Origin: an uncultured Planctomycetia bacterium | Lineage (GTDB): Bacteria > Omnitrophota > Gorgyraeia > 2-02-FULL-51-18 | Length of the DNA stretch: 57,026 nt | Reading direction: 5' to 3' | Assembly: GCA_964612035.1 (NCBI GenBank) | Contig: CAZTBX010000088.1 | Location: 1 to 57,026, forward strand | Shown: one piece after another, positions 54,365 through 57,026 of the stretch | Numbering within the stretch: position 1 is the stretch's first letter | Layout of the letters: each line of letters starts with the position of its first letter | The notes under the pieces: generated by a model | Told to the model about the DNA's origin: nothing | Seen by the model: only the letters and a program-made list of their open reading frames with translations | Database searches by the model: none | Position numbers and translations under genes: made by a program

Positions 54365-55468
54365 ATGGCACAAGTAAGCTTGGTCAATATCAGCAAAGTG
54401 TATCCTGGCAACATCCAGGCCGTGGCGAGCGTGAGCCTGGCTATCGAGAAACGCGAGTTCATCGTTTTGGTCGGACCTTCGGGCTGCGGCAAGACGACGA
54501 TCCTGCGCATGATCGCGGGTCTCGAGGAAATTTCGAGCGGAAAGATCTACATCGGCGACAAGCTCGTGAACGACGTGCCGCCGAAAGACCGCGACATCGC
54601 GATGGTGTTCCAGAATTACGCGCTTTACCCGCACATGACGGTGTTCCAGAACATGGCGTTCGCGCTGAAGCTGAGGAAATATCCCAAAACGGAGATCCTT
54701 ACACGCGTCAACGACGCGGCCGAGATCCTAGGGATCAAGGACCTGATGGACCGGAAACCCAAAGAGCTATCCGGCGGCCAGCGCCAGCGCGTGGCGCTCG
54801 GGCGCGCCATCGTGCGCAAGCCGCTCGTATTCCTTTTCGATGAGCCGCTGAGCAATCTGGATGCGAAGCTGCGCGTACAGATGAGGACGGAGATCAAGAA
54901 ACTCCACCAGCGCTTGCAGGCGACCATCGTCTATGTCACGCACGACCAGACCGAGGCCCTGACGATGGGCGACCGCGTGGTGGTCGTAAAGGACGGCGTC
55001 ATCCAGCAGGTGGCGGACCCGATCTCGCTGTACGATCACCCGTTGAACAAATTCGTAGCCAGCTTCATCGGCAGTCCGCCGATGAATTTCCTGAAGGGGC
55101 ACATCCTGCGTTCAGACGGAAAGTTTTATTTCCAGAACGGTGTTTTCAAGACGCGCGTGCCGGATACGCTTTCCCAGAAGATCGCGCCGTACGAGAACAA
55201 AGAGCTTACGTTCGGAATACGCGCCGAGGACATCTATGACAAACTTTTCGCCTCCGAGGCCTCGCCGGACAACACCGTCCGCGCGACCTGCGAAGTCGTC
55301 GAGCCCATGGGCGCCGAAGCGTTCTTGTACCTGCGCACGGGCGCAAACACGTTCATCGCCCGCGTCTCCGGCCATGTCCGTCCCGGGGTGAACCAGGACC
55401 TCGACCTAGTGTTCGACATGGGCAAGGCGCACTTTTTCGACAACATCACCGAAAAAGCCATCGCCTGA
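54365..55468 (+). CDS. Carbohydrate-type ABC transporter ATP-binding protein (MalK/UgpC/MsmK family); no permease or binding protein is adjacent
   Basis: 367 aa. Walker A GPSGCGKTT, signature LSGGQRQRVALGRAI, Walker B FLFDEPLSNLD, and a C-terminal TOBE-like regulatory domain. Confidence 0.9.
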   Translation: MAQVSLVNISKVYPGNIQAVASVSLAIEKREFIVLVGPSGCGKTTILRMIAGLEEISSGKIYIGDKLVNDVPPKDRDIAMVFQNYALYPHMTVFQNMAFALKLRKYPKTEILTRVNDAAEILGIKDLMDRKPKELSGGQRQRVALGRAIVRKPLVFLFDEPLSNLDAKLRVQMRTEIKKLHQRLQATIVYVTHDQTEALTMGDRVVVVKDGVIQQVADPISLYDHPLNKFVASFIGSPPMNFLKGHILRSDGKFYFQNGVFKTRVPDTLSQKIAPYENKELTFGIRAEDIYDKLFASEASPDNTVRATCEVVEPMGAEAFLYLRTGANTFIARVSGHVRPGVNQDLDLVFDMGKAHFFDNITEKAIA

Positions 55469-55494
55469 TCCGGCCGGACATACGGCTAGAAACG

Positions 55495-56922
55495 ATGGGG
55501 AGGTTTCCTCTGCCGCCTTTTTTTGTCCCGATATTCGCCTTCATCGCATGGGCTTTTCTCATTTTTTATTATTTTCCCATCCTGCGGCTGGACCTGCATC
55601 TCGCCGACCAGCTGATCGCCCCGCAGCTTTTCATCTCGTACCTGATCCTCATTTTCGCCTGGGCGCTTTCCGGGCCTCTCACGGCGGCCATCCTGACCGC
55701 GCTCAGCGCGCTCATCGTGCTGTACGTGTGTCTTGGGACCAAAGAGGCCTCGCTGTTCATCCAGGTATTCGCCTACGCGGGACTTTTCGCTTTCATGGCG
55801 TTCTTTCTTTACGAACTGCAGAAAAAGCTGAACGACCGCCACATCGTGAAGGAAAAAATGCTCGAGGACATCCACGTCTCGCGGGAGAACATGGCGAAGA
55901 AGAACGAAGTGAAAAAGGCGCTCGAGGGCAAGGTCCAGCGTTTTCTTGGATTGAACCGCCTGTCCGAGACTCTGAAAAGCGCCCAAAGCGTCCAGGAGGC
56001 CGCGCAACAGCTCACGGCCGAGACGCATCGCATGCTGCCGCGCGCCGACGTGTGCGTTCTGTATCTGGTGGACGAATCCAAGCACGAGCTCTCGCTGGTC
56101 GCCTCGAGCCGCCGGGGGAATGACGCCGTGCGTGAAAAGCGCGGGAGCGTTTTTGAACTCTGGGCCGTGAAACGCAACTCGGCTATCATGATCGAAGACT
56201 CCTGGACGGACTTCCGTTTTTCCACCGACCAGCGCGAAAGCTCGGCGCATCTGCGCTCGGTGTGTGCAAGCCCGCTGTTGTCGGAAAACAAAGTGCTCGG
56301 CGTGCTTCGCGCGAGCTCGGCCGACGCGTCCGCGTTCAGTTCCGATGACCTGCGGCTTCTCGACGTGCTGGCGAGCCTCGGAGCCGTCACGCTGCGTAAC
56401 CGCCTGCTTTTTGAACGCATGCATGAACTGGCCGTGCGCGACAGCCTGACGGGGCTTTACCTGAACCGTTATTTTCAGGAACGGCTTGCCGAAGAGATCG
56501 CGCGCGCGGAGCTCGGCCACGGCGTGTTTTCCCTGATCCTGCTCGACGTGGATCATTTCAAGCGCTACAACGACGAATATGGCCACTCGGCCGGCGATCT
56601 CGTCCTGAAGAACATCGCCGGTATTTTCCTGAACCGGCTCGACGAGGCTGACGTGGTGGCTCGCTACGGCGGGGAAGAGCTGATCGCTCTTTTGCCGGGC
56701 AAGAGTCTTGCGCAGGCCATGGGCCTGGCAGAAAACATCCGCTCGGACATCGAGAAAAACAAATTTCTCCTCAGGCGCGTGGAGGGGCATGTCACCTCAT
56801 CTTTCGGGGTCGCGGCCTTCCCCCAAGATGGCCACTCGAAAGAGCAGCTCGTCCGCAGCGTGGACAAGTACCTGTACGAAGCCAAAAAGTCCGGAAGGAA
56901 CCGCGTATGTGGCGCTACTTAG
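55495..56922 (+). CDS. Membrane-anchored GAF-GGDEF diguanylate cyclase
   Basis: 475 aa with four N-terminal TM segments and a GAF-like middle region (VCVLYLVDESKHELSLV...VLGVLRASS). GGDEF domain RDSLTGLYLNRYF...ARYGGEELIALLPG. Confidence 0.9.
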   Translation: MGRFPLPPFFVPIFAFIAWAFLIFYYFPILRLDLHLADQLIAPQLFISYLILIFAWALSGPLTAAILTALSALIVLYVCLGTKEASLFIQVFAYAGLFAFMAFFLYELQKKLNDRHIVKEKMLEDIHVSRENMAKKNEVKKALEGKVQRFLGLNRLSETLKSAQSVQEAAQQLTAETHRMLPRADVCVLYLVDESKHELSLVASSRRGNDAVREKRGSVFELWAVKRNSAIMIEDSWTDFRFSTDQRESSAHLRSVCASPLLSENKVLGVLRASSADASAFSSDDLRLLDVLASLGAVTLRNRLLFERMHELAVRDSLTGLYLNRYFQERLAEEIARAELGHGVFSLILLDVDHFKRYNDEYGHSAGDLVLKNIAGIFLNRLDEADVVARYGGEELIALLPGKSLAQAMGLAENIRSDIEKNKFLLRRVEGHVTSSFGVAAFPQDGHSKEQLVRSVDKYLYEAKKSGRNRVCGAT

Positions 56923-57026
56923 TCCTTAACGGCCTCTGGTTCTCGATCCTTTTCCTCGTGCACTTCTTCGGAAGCGGCAAGAGCCGCACGTTCGTGGGCC
57001 TGCTCATCCCCGTCGTTGCCGCGTTC
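56907..57026 (+). CDS. 5' end of a membrane-protein gene running off the window (partial)
   Basis: The ATG at 56907 overlaps the GGDEF gene end. MWRYLVLNGLWFSILFLVHFFGSGKSRTFVGLLIPVVAAF is hydrophobic and stays open to the last base. Only 40 codons are visible. Confidence 0.35.
   Translation, partial: MWRYLVLNGLWFSILFLVHFFGSGKSRTFVGLLIPVVAAF

Noticed and set aside
31085-56790. Very long minus-strand ORFs antisense to well-supported genes. They are 31085-31900, 32915-33922 (covers all of purC), 40329-41036, 43635-44402, 46506-47300, 47071-48069 and 48560-49339 (antisense to dnaK), 49434-50804 (antisense to dnaJ), 50699-51853, 53738-54634 and 55486-56790.
   Set aside because: Each lies opposite a + strand gene with unmistakable family motifs. 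Their translations are Arg/Pro/His/Gly-rich low-complexity strings without recognisable domains. They occur only in the G+C-rich blocks, where stop codons are depleted in antisense frames. Some cross several sense-gene boundaries, for example 50699-51853. They are best explained as compositional artefacts.

Overview
This is a 57-kb bacterial chromosomal window in which every CDS I can support lies on the + strand, mostly with 1-4 nt stop/start overlaps. (1) 1-423 is noncoding and visibly structured, followed by nth (424-1095). (2) 2014-31139 is a ~29-kb surface-polysaccharide locus. It encodes a TPR-fused O-antigen-ligase-like protein, two tandem FkbM methyltransferases, an outer-membrane barrel, a Wza-like exporter, a Wzz/BY-tyrosine-kinase, gmd and an MsbA-type ABC exporter. 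It also encodes a NodB-type deacetylase, about ten glycosyltransferases, a Wzy-like polymerase, an AsnB-type amidotransferase, a NodU-type carbamoyltransferase, an SDR epimerase, a WecA-type initiating transferase and a small cupin. (3) 31136-34968 is a housekeeping block: LysM-amidase lipoprotein, tsaC/sua5, purC, a small secreted protein and a redoxin. (4) 34.9-42.0 kb is a mosaic accessory region. Three partial copies of the redoxin-3'/miaB-5' junction delimit three cassettes: a five-ORF tailoring operon, a stand-alone AAA-ATPase/PD-(D/E)xK gene with its own promoter, and an ICMT-like plus membrane-protein pair. (5) The remainder is core genes: miaB, a SPOR/TPR protein, miaA, hflX, a CIRCE-controlled hrcA-grpE-dnaK-dnaJ operon, fmdB-vanZ-DUF1015-GT2, accD, an orphan MalK-type ATPase and a GAF-GGDEF cyclase. 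I recognised no rRNA, tRNA, CRISPR array, integrase or transposase. The outer-membrane barrel and Wza-like exporter suggest a diderm host; I cannot assign a phylum from the sequence alone. The most unusual feature is the serial-insertion hotspot at the redoxin/miaB junction and the cassettes it carries. All functional calls come from motifs read in the translations, and no database search was run.
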